From Acidobacteriota bacterium (GTDB lineage: Bacteria > Acidobacteriota > UBA6911 > RPQK01 > JAJDTT01): a DNA stretch of 64,000 nucleotides. Location: the NCBI GenBank assembly GCA_965209055.1, contig OZ242374.1, positions 5,408,001 to 5,472,000 on the forward strand, in the 5' to 3' direction. A program made the position numbers and the translations under genes. Positions within the stretch are counted from its first letter, which is position 1. Each line of letters begins with the position of its first letter. The notes beneath the pieces were generated by a model that saw only the letters and a list, made by a program, of their open reading frames with translations, did not search any database and was not told the DNA's origin. This document shows positions 9,326-19,632 of the stretch, piece by piece.

Positions 9326-10360
9326 TCACCGTGAACCGTCATCTGGACACCGCCACGGCGGTTCCCCTTCCCGGCTCAGGTCGATCGGATTGGACCAGGC
9401 ACGGCCGTCTTCGCCGTCCCACAACTCGATCCGGACGTAACATCCCACGACTCGAGGCCGCTCCCAGTAGCCCCGGTCCAGGAACCGCTCGGTCATCTCA
9501 GCGATCTTGCCGGGAGTAGCCAGGGCCGAAAGCGGTGCACGGGCCTCCGTCAGGCGGTCACCCGCTGGCGCCACCCGGCGGACGCCGAGCCAGGGTGACG
9601 AGGCGAACCAGACCGAACGAACGGGCGTGGTCTTCACCCGGATCTCGCCGTCCTCTACCGCGATCTCCTCGATTCGAGGCCCGGTCGTGGAGTAGAAGCG
9701 GCCCTGCCGGATGGCCTCCAGAATTTCGGCGGAAGTCCGAGTCCGAGCCCAGACCATAATCCAGGCTTCGGCCTGATCACGGAACGGCTGCCGGCCCAGT
9801 GGAGCAAAGGTCAGCTCGGGACGGACTCCGCTGTGCCGATCGTCGCTGGCCACGCCCCAGAGCCTGTGCCCCCCGGCCAGCAATTCGTCCCACTGGGCGG
9901 TGGAATCGCCACGGCGCCCGTTCCAGTGGTTGGGCGCATTGAAGATCTCGATTCCCACCAGACCCTTCAATCGGGAAATGGCAGCGGAAGAGATACCACT
10001 CAGGGAAGGATGGGAGAGAAAGGGGATTCCACCCTGCTCCAGCACTTCATCGATGACTCGCTGTGGACTTGCCATATAGCCCGCCATCCGCTGTATACCC
10101 AGGGCCAGGACCTCGGCCGGAAAGGTCTCCTGCCACTTGACCCCGATCTCGGCACCGGGAAGGACGAGGATCTTGCGGGATGGGTGCCCGCTGACATCGG
10201 TGACCAAGTTGTGGTCGGTGACGAAAAGGAAATCGTACCCGTGGCGGGCGTACCACGTCGCCAGTTCGTTCAGGCCGAAGAGACCGTCCGAATTGGTGGT
10301 ATGACTATGGACGTTGCCCCGGTACCACTGGCCCGAGCCTTCAAAGAGATGAATCGGCAT
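9326..10360 (-). CDS. PHP-domain metallohydrolase (CehA/McbA-like), copy 1
   Basis: WYRGNVHSHTTNSDG, TDHN, SHP, EIFN, SDDRH, AWSNPI; near-identical to 18603-19601, with a 12-aa extension because GAA replaces the TAA stop. Confidence 0.85.
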   Translation of the reverse strand: MPIHLFEGSGQWYRGNVHSHTTNSDGLFGLNELATWYARHGYDFLFVTDHNLVTDVSGHPSRKILVLPGAEIGVKWQETFPAEVLALGIQRMAGYMASPQRVIDEVLEQGGIPFLSHPSLSGISSAAISRLKGLVGIEIFNAPNHWNGRRGDSTAQWDELLAGGHRLWGVASDDRHSGVRPELTFAPLGRQPFRDQAEAWIMVWARTRTSAEILEAIRQGRFYSTTGPRIEEIAVEDGEIRVKTTPVRSVWFASSPWLGVRRVAPAGDRLTEARAPLSALATPGKIAEMTERFLDRGYWERPRVVGCYVRIELWDGEDGRAWSNPIDLSREGEPPWRCPDDGSR

Positions 10361-10428
10361 ATCTCAAAACCACCTGCTTCCGAACTGCGAACCATTCTCG
10401 GCCTGACCTGGTTTCAGCGTGAATGATA

Positions 10429-12282
10429 CTAACCGTAGCCGATTCGGATGCGAACATCTACGATCTGTACGGGCGCGGCGGGGTCACCCTCGGTGGGACG
10501 CTCGACAGTCACCCGAAGCGTGTTCGCCCCTTTATTCATGTTCCGCGGATCGATCTCGAATTCAACCCAGCCTGCGTCGGCTACCCAACCAACGCCATAC
10601 CCTCCGTACCGTCTGACTTTCGCTTCTGCGGGCTTGGAAAGCGGGATGCCGTTGAGCTCCCACTTGAATCGCCGGGGGTCCGTTTCCTCGGCACGCTCGA
10701 GGTCCCAACTCGCAATGGCCGGAGGGCGCGCCGAATCGGCGGTACTGTATTGAGCCTGCACAAAAACTTCCGACGCGCTGGTGGGATCATCGGCGATCTT
10801 CAGCTGGAAGGTAGCTTCTGACTGACCCGCCTGGGTGGAAAAAGCCCGGGGCAGTTGACTGGCCAGACACCCATCGGCCAGACAGCCGAGCCGGGCGTAG
10901 CCGGGATCGATCCGGTAGACCTTGTTCCGCCGGGCCAGGGCCTTCGGGTCTTCTATCGAAGGCATCTTGCCGTAATCTGCGGAATTAGTGGGGCCGTGGT
11001 GAGTGTGCCAGTCATAGAGACAGATGCCGTCGGCCCCTGCTTCCCAGAAGCGGTAGCTGGCGGCGTCGACGGCTTCGTAGTTGGAAGCCAAGCCTCCTTC
11101 CATCTCAGGGTCCCGAACATCCCACTTGGGCCGTCCAGTCTGAAATGGTACGTAGATTCGATCCAGACACCCATAGACAGGAACGTCATAACGGTGGCCC
11201 AGGGCGACCCATTCTTCGATCGGTATCGTGAACGGCATCCCGCCGGAGCCAGCGAGCAGAAGATCGATCCACCCTTTCCGAACCCACGTCTCGGGGTCCA
11301 GACCCAGAGATAGTGAAAGCTCCAGCGAATCAGGCGTGCGCCCGCTGGCTAACAAAATGGGTCGACCGCGCCGTTCTCCGTAGTAGTCCAGACATTGGCG
11401 CACTTGATGGACAAAGTCGTTCATCACGGAAATATTTCGCCGTTCCTGCCCTAACTTGAAGAAACCGTAATGACGGGCCCAGTCCAATTCCACACCGTCC
11501 AGGTCGTAGCGCTCGCAGGCACCTTCAATCACTTGCAGGTAGCGGGCCCTGACTTCGGCACGAGCCCAGTCATAGCCGCCCCAGAACCACAGATCGCGCG
11601 AAGCCACGCCCTCCCGTTGAAACACGTCCTTCAGGGGGTGCGCTGCTTCCGATTGCCTGAGAAGCTCCCTCTCCTTCTCGGGGTCATACAGCTTCGTCTT
11701 CCAACGCTGTTTCTCGATGGGCATGAATCGATTCAGCCAAGGGACAACCATTTCCTCCCAGTGGGTACGTGAGATATAGCCAAGTAAGAGTTCGGGATTG
11801 GCCAGCTTGAAGGAGGACCAATATCCGGCTTTCGGAGCGTAACGCGAACAGTGCACATCGTTCATGCGTATGGAATAAAAGAACTCCTTGTGATGTTTGT
11901 GGGCGAAGTCGACGACATGCTGGACCGGATTCGGCCCCAACACTTCAATGTATTTTTTCGGGAACTCCCAATCCGGCTCATTGGTGTGAGCGCAATAGAG
12001 GATGGTCTCGACGGGCGTGGCTTCCACGAATCGCAGAGTACCGCCCCAGAACTGCTCGACTGATTCCAGCGGAGTGGGCCATTTCCCACCAGCGTAAGCG
12101 ATGGACTGAATGTCGCTGCCATCGTTGTTCCAGATGATAGGGCGTTTTTGCTGCCTCGCTTTCGTTCTCTCGCGAACGAGTTTCGGCTGCAAAAACCGGC
12201 TGCGCCCAACGCCCGGAAAAACTGTTGAGGCACACAGGCCAGCCCCGCCGATTCCCTTCAGAAAGGCTCTTCGATTTTCCAT
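10429..12282 (-). CDS. GHL10-like glycoside hydrolase, Tat-exported, paralog 2
   Basis: Start moved to MENRRAFLKG, giving 617 aa, the same length as 20879-22732; WNNDGSD, SIRMNDVH, YDLDGVELDW. Confidence 0.78.
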   Translation of the reverse strand: MENRRAFLKGIGGAGLCASTVFPGVGRSRFLQPKLVRERTKARQQKRPIIWNNDGSDIQSIAYAGGKWPTPLESVEQFWGGTLRFVEATPVETILYCAHTNEPDWEFPKKYIEVLGPNPVQHVVDFAHKHHKEFFYSIRMNDVHCSRYAPKAGYWSSFKLANPELLLGYISRTHWEEMVVPWLNRFMPIEKQRWKTKLYDPEKERELLRQSEAAHPLKDVFQREGVASRDLWFWGGYDWARAEVRARYLQVIEGACERYDLDGVELDWARHYGFFKLGQERRNISVMNDFVHQVRQCLDYYGERRGRPILLASGRTPDSLELSLSLGLDPETWVRKGWIDLLLAGSGGMPFTIPIEEWVALGHRYDVPVYGCLDRIYVPFQTGRPKWDVRDPEMEGGLASNYEAVDAASYRFWEAGADGICLYDWHTHHGPTNSADYGKMPSIEDPKALARRNKVYRIDPGYARLGCLADGCLASQLPRAFSTQAGQSEATFQLKIADDPTSASEVFVQAQYSTADSARPPAIASWDLERAEETDPRRFKWELNGIPLSKPAEAKVRRYGGYGVGWVADAGWVEFEIDPRNMNKGANTLRVTVERPTEGDPAAPVQIVDVRIRIGYG

Positions 12283-12394
12283 TTTTACTTCCGATTCCCA
12301 GGTCTCGGACATCAGGTGGTTACAGGACGACTTATTGTGAGGCAACGCCGCCCATTCATTCTTGCAGATCTGGTCAGTATAATTTTCCGCAGCG

Positions 12395-14020
12395 ATGATG
12401 ATCGGCCTTCGTTTATTTATCCTGGCCTCGATTCTTCCAGTGTCAGCATTCCCCCCGAACCTGGAAGGGGCTGTCCCTCTGTTCGACAACTTGGGCACCC
12501 ATCATCACCCTGTCACCACTACCTCACCCCTGGCCCAACGCTACTTTGACCAGGGCCTCCGACTCTATTACGCCTTCAATAACGACGAAGCGCTCCGGTC
12601 TTTCCAGCAGGCGGCTCGGCTGGACCCGAACTGTGCCATGGCCTATTGGGGGATCGCCTTGGCCCTGGGCCCAAATATCAATATGCCAATGACGCGGCAG
12701 GGAGAAGATACGGCCTACCGGGCGATCCAAATCGCGGAGTCGCTATCGAACGCCGCCAGCGAGCGGGAGCGGGCATACATTGCCGCTCTTGGTCGACGAT
12801 ACTCACATCAAGGCGCAGGCGACCCGACGGTGCGCGGGAGATCCTACGCGGCTGCCATGCGAGACCTGGCCAACCGATTTCCTCGGGATCCGGACGCGGC
12901 CACTCTATTCGGCGGAGCACTGCTCAATTTGCGTCCCTGGGATCAGTGGACGCCCGACGGGAGACCCCAACCGGGCACGCTCGAGGCCGTGGCGACGCTG
13001 GAAGGTGTATTGCAGCTCAATCCGAATCATCCGGGAGCCAACCACTACTACATCCATGCCCTGGAGGCCTCGCCCTATCCGGAAAAGGCACTTCCGGCGG
13101 CGGAACGCATTGACGAGTTGATGCCGGGAGCCGGCCACCTTGTTCATATGCCCTCTCATATTTACTTTCGCCTGGGGCGATACGCAGAGGCCGTCGAGAG
13201 CAGCAGACGCGGCGCCGCGGTTGATCGGGAGTACATTCGAAAATGGAATCCGCAAGGAAATTATCGGGAGATGTTTTATCCTCATAACATCTATTTCGAG
13301 TGGGCGGCTCTGATGATGGAAGGCCGCAGCACCGAAGTCCTTCGTGCGGCGGGAGAACTTTCGGAGTTTTACTCTTACGAGACGGCTCGGAGCAGACCCT
13401 TTGTCGAATTCTTCATGCCAGTCGTCCTTTTTTCGTTGGCACGCTTCGGGAAGTGGGACGATATCCTACGGCAACCCCGTCCCCCCAATGAACTCAGATA
13501 CCTGACCGGCATGTGGCACTACGCCCGAGGCTTGGCGCTCGCAGCAAGAGGACAATCCAACAAGGCATCCTTCGAGAAAGAACGTTTGGCCGATATAGCG
13601 GCAGCTGTTGCCTCGCGCGTGCCCCTGGTCGGCAATTCACCTGCCGTGTTGCTCCGATTGGCATCCACCGTCCTCACTGGAGAACTGGCTGCCAGACGGG
13701 GCGGGACGGAGGAAGCGATCTACCACCTTCAAGAGGCGGTGCAACTTCATGATCAGCTCCGGTATGACGAGCCTCCGGCTTGGTACTATCCCGTGCGTCA
13801 GGCCTTGGGAGCAGTTCTTCTGGCAGCCGGCCGTGCGCAGGAGGCCGAGCAGATTTACCGGGACGATCTTGAGAAGCATCCACGCAACGGCTGGTCTCTG
13901 TTTGGACTGGCAGAGTGCCTGCGAGTTCAACAAAAAGATGAGGAAGCCGCTGCAGTGGAAGTGGAGTTCCGCAGGGCATGGGCTCGCGCCGATGTGACGC
14001 TTGAAGCATCGCGATTCTGA
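12395..14020 (+). CDS. Secreted tetratricopeptide-repeat protein
   Basis: Signal peptide; AQRYFDQGL..YAFN, CAMAYWGIALALGPNIN, HPGANHYYIH, GHLVHMPSHIY, PRNGWSLFGL. Confidence 0.85.
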   Translation: MMIGLRLFILASILPVSAFPPNLEGAVPLFDNLGTHHHPVTTTSPLAQRYFDQGLRLYYAFNNDEALRSFQQAARLDPNCAMAYWGIALALGPNINMPMTRQGEDTAYRAIQIAESLSNAASERERAYIAALGRRYSHQGAGDPTVRGRSYAAAMRDLANRFPRDPDAATLFGGALLNLRPWDQWTPDGRPQPGTLEAVATLEGVLQLNPNHPGANHYYIHALEASPYPEKALPAAERIDELMPGAGHLVHMPSHIYFRLGRYAEAVESSRRGAAVDREYIRKWNPQGNYREMFYPHNIYFEWAALMMEGRSTEVLRAAGELSEFYSYETARSRPFVEFFMPVVLFSLARFGKWDDILRQPRPPNELRYLTGMWHYARGLALAARGQSNKASFEKERLADIAAAVASRVPLVGNSPAVLLRLASTVLTGELAARRGGTEEAIYHLQEAVQLHDQLRYDEPPAWYYPVRQALGAVLLAAGRAQEAEQIYRDDLEKHPRNGWSLFGLAECLRVQQKDEEAAAVEVEFRRAWARADVTLEASRF

Positions 14021-14143
14021 GGTCTTCCTGTCATCCTCGAAAAAATCTGCTCGCACCCAGAGAGATCCTGCGACGATCATTTCGACTCCAAACGGGATGA
14101 AAGCTGAGAGAGACATCGGTCCGTGTATGCCATGGGGGATCTC

Positions 14144-16087
14144 TTAAGCTGAAATTCCAGAGTGGAATCGACGTAATTAACTGATTATAAATCAGATAGG
14201 TCAAGGATTCGGGTCACGCTACTGGGTACACCTGTAGGCGAACTCCCAGCCGGTCCAGCGCCTGCTGTTGCAACGGCGTCGGTCGGGTCACGATGGTGAA
14301 GGGACGGGCTCCGGGGATCTTCGGCACCACCTGATTGCGAACGATGGTCGCCAGATCCTGCAACAGCGTGCGGAAGCTGTGCACCGGCTGGCCGTCGGCC
14401 GTGCATTTGGACCGGGCTTTCTGTTGGGCGGCGCGAGACACTTCGGCCGGCGCCACCACGGAAGACCGCGGCGCACCAGCCGGATCCTGATCGTCAAACA
14501 GCAGAGGAGCCAGGCGCTGGCGCATGTGCCACTCGACGTAGTAGGCGAGCAGGCACAGGAAAACATGAGCCCACACCCGGTCGTTGCTCCAGTGATAGAT
14601 GGGGCGCACCTTCAGATCCACGGTCTTGTAGCTGCGGAAGGCCTGCTCCACGACGCTCAACCCCTTGTAGGCGCGCACCGTCGCCTCGGCTCCCATCTCC
14701 TCGGCCGACAGGCTGGTGCGGATGACGTACAGACCATCCAGGGCCGCCTCGGCCGCGATGGACTCGGCGTTTCTCTGGTAGGTGAAGGACTCCTCGGTGA
14801 TGTCGAGCTCGAAGTGCTTCGCCATCTTGTACTTGTTGACGACCTTGCCGACGCGCAGCGCAATCCGTTTCCGACCCCGGTAAGGACGGCGGTCCCGCCG
14901 GGTGGCCGCGACGATTTCATCCAACAGCTCTTCGGTCTTCGAGAGCATTTCCTGGCGCTTGCGAGTCCGCTGTCGAGCCAGCAGCGGATTGCGACAGACC
15001 ATCAACCTCTCGCCCGGGTAGGCGTCCGAACGGATTTCGACCAGGTTGATCCGGTCAAAGAGTGACATCTGCACGGCTCCGGACTCCACCAGTTGGCGGA
15101 TGGCCGGACCTCTCAGAGCCGTGATCCAATCCAGTCCCGAGGGCTGGACCTCCTCGCGGATGCGTGCCTGAGTGAGCATCCCCCGGTCCCCCACCAGGAC
15201 CACTTGGGAGAGCCCGAAGCGGTGGCGCAGCTTCTCGATCACCGGTCCCACGGTGGCGGGGTCCGACGTGTTGCCCTTGAAGACCTGGACGGCCACCGGA
15301 CAACCCTCCCGGTTGCAGATCAGGCCGAACTCGATCTGGAGTTTTCCCCGCTCGCCGTCGCGGGAGTACCCGAGCTTGTCCAGCTTGCAGCGGCGACCCT
15401 CGAGATAGAAAGAAGTCAGGTCACAAAGAACCAGGGGACCTTCGTGCAGGTGGCGCCGGGCCAGGCGCTTCTCGATGGCGTCCTGGCGTTGCAGCAGCCA
15501 GTCCATGGCGCCGTAGAGGCGGTTTTCGTCGACGTCGGCAAGGCCGAGGAGAGGGGCGAGGGAATCGGTTCGGGTGGCGAGCTTGGAGCGGGGGTAAGCG
15601 AGACGGGCGACGATCAAAGCCACCACCAGATCGCGTTGGGGACCGGGCGGACCCAGACAGCGATCCAGACCGATCTTGCGCAGGGAGCCGAGGAGGGCAG
15701 CAATGTGGCCGTGGGGTTGGGAGCGAACGATGTCGATGGAATCTTCGAAGCTCGCGACGGCGGTGCCCTTCTTGAGCAGGATGCGAAAACCCTCGACCAG
15801 TTCGGGCGGCCACTTGGAGAGATTGGCGAGGGTGCGTTTCTTGACCTTGCCGTCCTGGCGGTAGGACTCGCGCAGGAGGACGGCAGGGGGAGATTTACGG
15901 TTGGGGACGGCTTCAATGTACATGGCTACTCTATAATTTCAATAACAGTAACAGTAATAATAGATACGGAAAACCATGTCAATTCAATACATGGGTACAT
16001 TCTACGGAACGAATTTCGAGGCAAGCCTTTTCAAATCAATGACTTGTAGCGAAAATATGGGTCAGACAGGCTGGAAGTTCACACTAG
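14144..16087 (-). mobile_element. IS1634-family insertion sequence
   Basis: Transposase flanked by imperfect inverted repeats: TTAAGCTGAAATTCCAG (14144-14160) and the reverse complement of 16071-16087 (CTAGTGTGAACTTCCAG), 12/17 matches; no clear target duplication. Confidence 0.75.
14214..15923 (-). CDS. IS1634-family DDE transposase
   Basis: N-terminal LLRESYRQDGKVKKRTLANLS, DLTSFY, GYSRDG, VGDRGM, LDGLYVIRT, YKGLSVVEQAFR, VRPIYH. Confidence 0.92.
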   Translation of the reverse strand: MYIEAVPNRKSPPAVLLRESYRQDGKVKKRTLANLSKWPPELVEGFRILLKKGTAVASFEDSIDIVRSQPHGHIAALLGSLRKIGLDRCLGPPGPQRDLVVALIVARLAYPRSKLATRTDSLAPLLGLADVDENRLYGAMDWLLQRQDAIEKRLARRHLHEGPLVLCDLTSFYLEGRRCKLDKLGYSRDGERGKLQIEFGLICNREGCPVAVQVFKGNTSDPATVGPVIEKLRHRFGLSQVVLVGDRGMLTQARIREEVQPSGLDWITALRGPAIRQLVESGAVQMSLFDRINLVEIRSDAYPGERLMVCRNPLLARQRTRKRQEMLSKTEELLDEIVAATRRDRRPYRGRKRIALRVGKVVNKYKMAKHFELDITEESFTYQRNAESIAAEAALDGLYVIRTSLSAEEMGAEATVRAYKGLSVVEQAFRSYKTVDLKVRPIYHWSNDRVWAHVFLCLLAYYVEWHMRQRLAPLLFDDQDPAGAPRSSVVAPAEVSRAAQQKARSKCTADGQPVHSFRTLLQDLATIVRNQVVPKIPGARPFTIVTRPTPLQQQALDRLGVRLQVYPVA

Positions 16088-16262
16088 TTCGGCCTATGTG
16101 GACATGATCGAGCTGGAACCCGGCGCGATTTTCCTGGTTTACGATCGTATCCCCGGGGGTTGGAAGGGTGTTCCGCGGGACTCCCCGGAATGGAATGAAA
16201 TCTATGCTGTTCGAATCATGGTGAGTCGTGCGGCTCAAGTAGAGTCAGAAGAGACACGTTAA
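16083..16262 (+). pseudogene. Orphan 3' fragment of a subgroup A BNR sialidase-like gene
   Basis: Translates as TSSAYVDMIELEPGAIFLVYDRIPGGWKGVPRDSPEWNEIYAVRIMV...*, matching TSAYIDLIEVSPNRVFIVYDRTPFGWEPVP at the end of 50554-51090; starts at the IS end. Confidence 0.75.
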
Positions 16263-16307
16263 TGACCCAGCCTTCTCTGCGACGTCAGCGACGTGCCGAC
16301 CGTTCAC

Positions 16308-17711
16308 TTAATTTACAATCACTTCTCTCACTTTGATCGCCTTGCGCTGGCGGCCCTGGACGTCCAGATAGCGGAAGTCCGAATACGCGACCAGGAAACG
16401 ATCCGCACCGGTGATAACGACGTCAGTGTTGCTGCAGCTGATTTTCCCGCTCAAGTCCCACCGATCCTCAGGGGACATCGCCAGCAGCTCCGTCTCGGCT
16501 GGCCCGACCAGGGAGTGCGCGCTGCTCCAAGTCCGGCCGCTGTCCGCCGAGGCCCGGACGTGCACCCCGGGTCGGCCGTAGACCACCGCCACCGCTCCGT
16601 TTTCCAGACGGCGAAGATGTGGAGTGACACTGAACGCAGCCAGCTCGCGCGGCGGCGTCCAGGTGTGGCCGCCATCGGAAGAGCGAGCCGCCGCCAAATA
16701 GTTGCTGGCCTTGGGATCGCGACCCAACTGAGTCCGCATGACGCACAATATGTCGCCATTGGGCATTCGCTCGATCGATTGCTCACCACACCCGTATCCG
16801 AAGGTCGCCAGACCGGCCTGGTCGGCAATGGTCCCGCGGACTCGCCAGCTTCGCCCCCCGTCGCTCGAGGCCAGGCACTGAACCCGAAAAAACGTCCTTT
16901 CAAAGCGTGGATCTTGCGTCGAGTGGGCCCATAGAAGAGTGCCGTCCGCCAGGGCCAAGACCACCTTGGGCCAGTCCGGCGGCCGAAAAATACTGCCAGC
17001 CTGATAATAAGGGCTGACTCTCACCACTCGTGGCAAATCATGCCACTCCCCGGTGGCATCTCTTGCCTGGACCAGGACACCCAAGAGCAGGTCCGAAGGT
17101 TCAACGGTGCCGTACTCGTCTTGCCAGGGAGCGTCAGGATTGGCACGTGCCGTCAGGGGAAATCGGCGGACCCGCTGGGGCAGATCGACGTACCGATAGT
17201 AGGAGAAAACCTGGACATTCCAGGCGTCTCGAAAGGTCATGACCGGTTTCAAACCCAACTCGTCAAGGGAGATCTCTTCTCGATTCCGGTGACCGTAGCT
17301 GGAGTAATGATAGACGTACTTCTCAGTACCGAAAGCGACCTGCTCTCCGGTCGGCAGGGTCAGAATATCGGGTGAGAAATCGACTTGATTCTCGGGGATC
17401 GGCTGCCAGGACCGGCCCTCATCACGGGAGACGAAAAACTTTGTCGGCTGGTGTACGCCGACTTCCGCATCTTCCCCCACGTTCATCGCCAGATAGATCT
17501 GGCCGCCGCGGCCCCGCCACATATCGGGGAATTGGTAAAATCCCCAGCGTTTTTCGCCGGGCGGACTCACGGCCACGATCACCGGCTCGCCGAGGGTCAC
17601 TTCCGGAACGGCGGAAACACTTTCCGATTCCCCTGCGTCATGGGTGCAACTGCCCAAAGCGCACAGGAGAATCAGGACACCCGTTCTTGCCACTTCTTTG
17701 CCTTTGCGCAT
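16308..17711 (-). CDS. BNR/Asp-box sialidase-like lipoprotein (subgroup B)
   Basis: Lipobox-like LGSC; Asp-boxes SRDEGRSW, SSDGGRSW, SSDGGHTW, SADSGRTW; paralog of 29101-30537; exact start uncertain. Confidence 0.82.
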   Translation of the reverse strand: MRKGKEVARTGVLILLCALGSCTHDAGESESVSAVPEVTLGEPVIVAVSPPGEKRWGFYQFPDMWRGRGGQIYLAMNVGEDAEVGVHQPTKFFVSRDEGRSWQPIPENQVDFSPDILTLPTGEQVAFGTEKYVYHYSSYGHRNREEISLDELGLKPVMTFRDAWNVQVFSYYRYVDLPQRVRRFPLTARANPDAPWQDEYGTVEPSDLLLGVLVQARDATGEWHDLPRVVRVSPYYQAGSIFRPPDWPKVVLALADGTLLWAHSTQDPRFERTFFRVQCLASSDGGRSWRVRGTIADQAGLATFGYGCGEQSIERMPNGDILCVMRTQLGRDPKASNYLAAARSSDGGHTWTPPRELAAFSVTPHLRRLENGAVAVVYGRPGVHVRASADSGRTWSSAHSLVGPAETELLAMSPEDRWDLSGKISCSNTDVVITGADRFLVAYSDFRYLDVQGRQRKAIKVREVIVN

Positions 17712-17826
17712 CTGTTCTCGGTTTCCGACACCGGAAACGGTCCGCTCAGCTCTTCTTTTCAGTCCTTCCGGAGGGCCGGCAGGCCCAGCCTCAGCCCGGC
17801 AATTCGGCAAAGCAGCTTCCAGCTTG

Positions 17827-18480
17827 TCACACGCCAATAGTGAGACGCATCACGCCGTCACTTCGACCGTATCCGCGCCCGTGGAGGCACGGAAGAAAAA
17901 GCATCGGAGGGGATCCACCCTCAGGGGCGGGATGCCCACTCTCCAGCACCAGGTCCTGTCCCAGGCCCGGGATATGCAGATGGCGCCAGACTTCGTAGGG
18001 GAAGGTGTTGGTAGAGCCTCCTCCTTCGTGCATGGGACGGCGGTAGATGCCCCCGGAGGGGTGGGACTCCACTTCGTCCGGCGGGCCGTGGATCACGTAG
18101 ATCCGGCCCCGGTCCGTCTGCCACCCCGGCCTGCCGCTGCCGAACCTCACGTTGACGAATGCGAGGCGCCGGTAGTGCTCTTCCTTGAACTCGTTGACGC
18201 TCGTTCTCATGTCCGGGTCCCGCCGGTACCAGAACTGCTGGATGAACTTCTCCTTCTCCTCGGGGGTGGTCAGACGCTGGAAGACACCCTCCTCCTCGTC
18301 CGGTTTGATGTGGACCACGTCTTCCCTGAGCCATCTTCGGAAATAATCTTCTCGATCTTTCCGACGGGCGGCTTCCTCTCCTCCCTGGCTCAGCGTGCGT
18401 CCCCAGGACGGGACAGCAGCCAGCCAGAGGACGGACACAGCAGCAACCAGCAGGAAGTTAGAGAGAGGCCTCGTCGCCAT
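17827..18480 (-). pseudogene. GWxTD-domain protein, apparently 3'-truncated
   Basis: YFRRWLREDV, FIQQFWYRRDP, NEFKEEHYRR, PGWQTDRGRIY; recognisable similarity stops after GLGQDLVLE (about 17940). Confidence 0.65.
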
Positions 18481-18602
18481 TCTTCCTCCCACAAGAAAAG
18501 ATCCGAGATGTGGGAATCGAGTTGTGGACATCCTACCTCAGTGGGGAGTCCATGCCACCGCGAACCGTCTCACCGTGAACCGTCGTTCGGAAGCGGCGGC
18601 GG

Positions 18603-19601
18603 TTACCCCTCCCGGCTCAGGTCAATCGGATTGGACCAGGCACGGCCGTCCTCGCCGTCCCACAGCTCGACCCGGACGTAACATCCCACGACTCGAGGCC
18701 GCTCCCAGTAGCCCCGGTCCAGGAACCGCTCGGTCATCTCAGCGATCTTGCCGGGAGTAGCCAGGGCCGAAAGCGGTGCACGGGCCTCCGTCAGGCGGTC
18801 ACCCGCTGGCGCCACCCGGCGGACGCCGAGCCAGGGTGACGAGGCGAACCAGACCGAACGAACGGGCGTGGTCTTCACCCGGATCTCGCCGTCCTCTACC
18901 GCGATCTCCTCGATTCGAGGTCCGGTCGTGGAGTAGAAGCGGCCCTGCCGGATGGCCTCCAGAATTTCGGCGGAAGTCCGAGTCCGAGCCCAGACCATAA
19001 TCCAGGCTTCGGCCTGATCACGGAACGGCTGCCGGCCCAGTGGAGCAAAGGTCAGCTCGGGACGGACTCCGCTGTGCCGATCGTCGCTGGCCACGCCCCA
19101 GAGCCTGTGCCCCCCGGCCAGCAATTCGTCCCACTGGGCGGTGGAATCGCCACGGCGCCCGTTCCAGTGGTTGGGCGCATTGAAGATCTCGATTCCCACC
19201 AGACCCTTCAATCGGGAAATGGCGGCGGAAGAGATACCACTCAGGGAAGGATGGGAGAGAAAGGGGATTCCACCCTGCTCCAGCACTTCATCGATAACTC
19301 GCTGTGGACTTGCCATATAGCCCGCCATCCGCTGTATACCCAGGGCCAGGACCTCGGCCGGAAAGGTCTCCTGCCACTTGACCCCGATCTCGGCACCGGG
19401 CAGGACGAGGATCTTGCGGGATGGGTGCCCGCTGACATCGGTGACCAAGTTGTGGTCGGTGACGAAAAGGAAATCGTACCCGTGGCGGGCGTACCACGTC
19501 GCCAGTTCGTTCAGGCCGAAGAGACCGTCCGAATTGGTGGTGTGACTGTGGACGTTGCCCCGGTACCATTGGCCCGGGCCTTCAAAGAGATGCATCGGCA
19601 T
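18603..19601 (-). CDS. PHP-domain metallohydrolase (CehA/McbA-like), copy 2
   Basis: Same motifs as 9326-10360; only a few amino-acid differences. Confidence 0.85.
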   Translation of the reverse strand: MPMHLFEGPGQWYRGNVHSHTTNSDGLFGLNELATWYARHGYDFLFVTDHNLVTDVSGHPSRKILVLPGAEIGVKWQETFPAEVLALGIQRMAGYMASPQRVIDEVLEQGGIPFLSHPSLSGISSAAISRLKGLVGIEIFNAPNHWNGRRGDSTAQWDELLAGGHRLWGVASDDRHSGVRPELTFAPLGRQPFRDQAEAWIMVWARTRTSAEILEAIRQGRFYSTTGPRIEEIAVEDGEIRVKTTPVRSVWFASSPWLGVRRVAPAGDRLTEARAPLSALATPGKIAEMTERFLDRGYWERPRVVGCYVRVELWDGEDGRAWSNPIDLSREG

Positions 19602-19632
19602 TTCTCAAAACCACCTGCTTCCAAGTTTCAGG

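Larger units (their letters stand above)
9262..12282. repeat. Segmental duplication, copy A (PHP + GHL10)
   Basis: 9262-10381 matches about 18494-19622, and 10431-12282 matches 20881-22732. Confidence 0.85.

Noticed and set aside
14268-16049. Plus-strand ORFs 14268-15065 and 15093-16049
   Set aside because: Antisense to the IS1634 transposase
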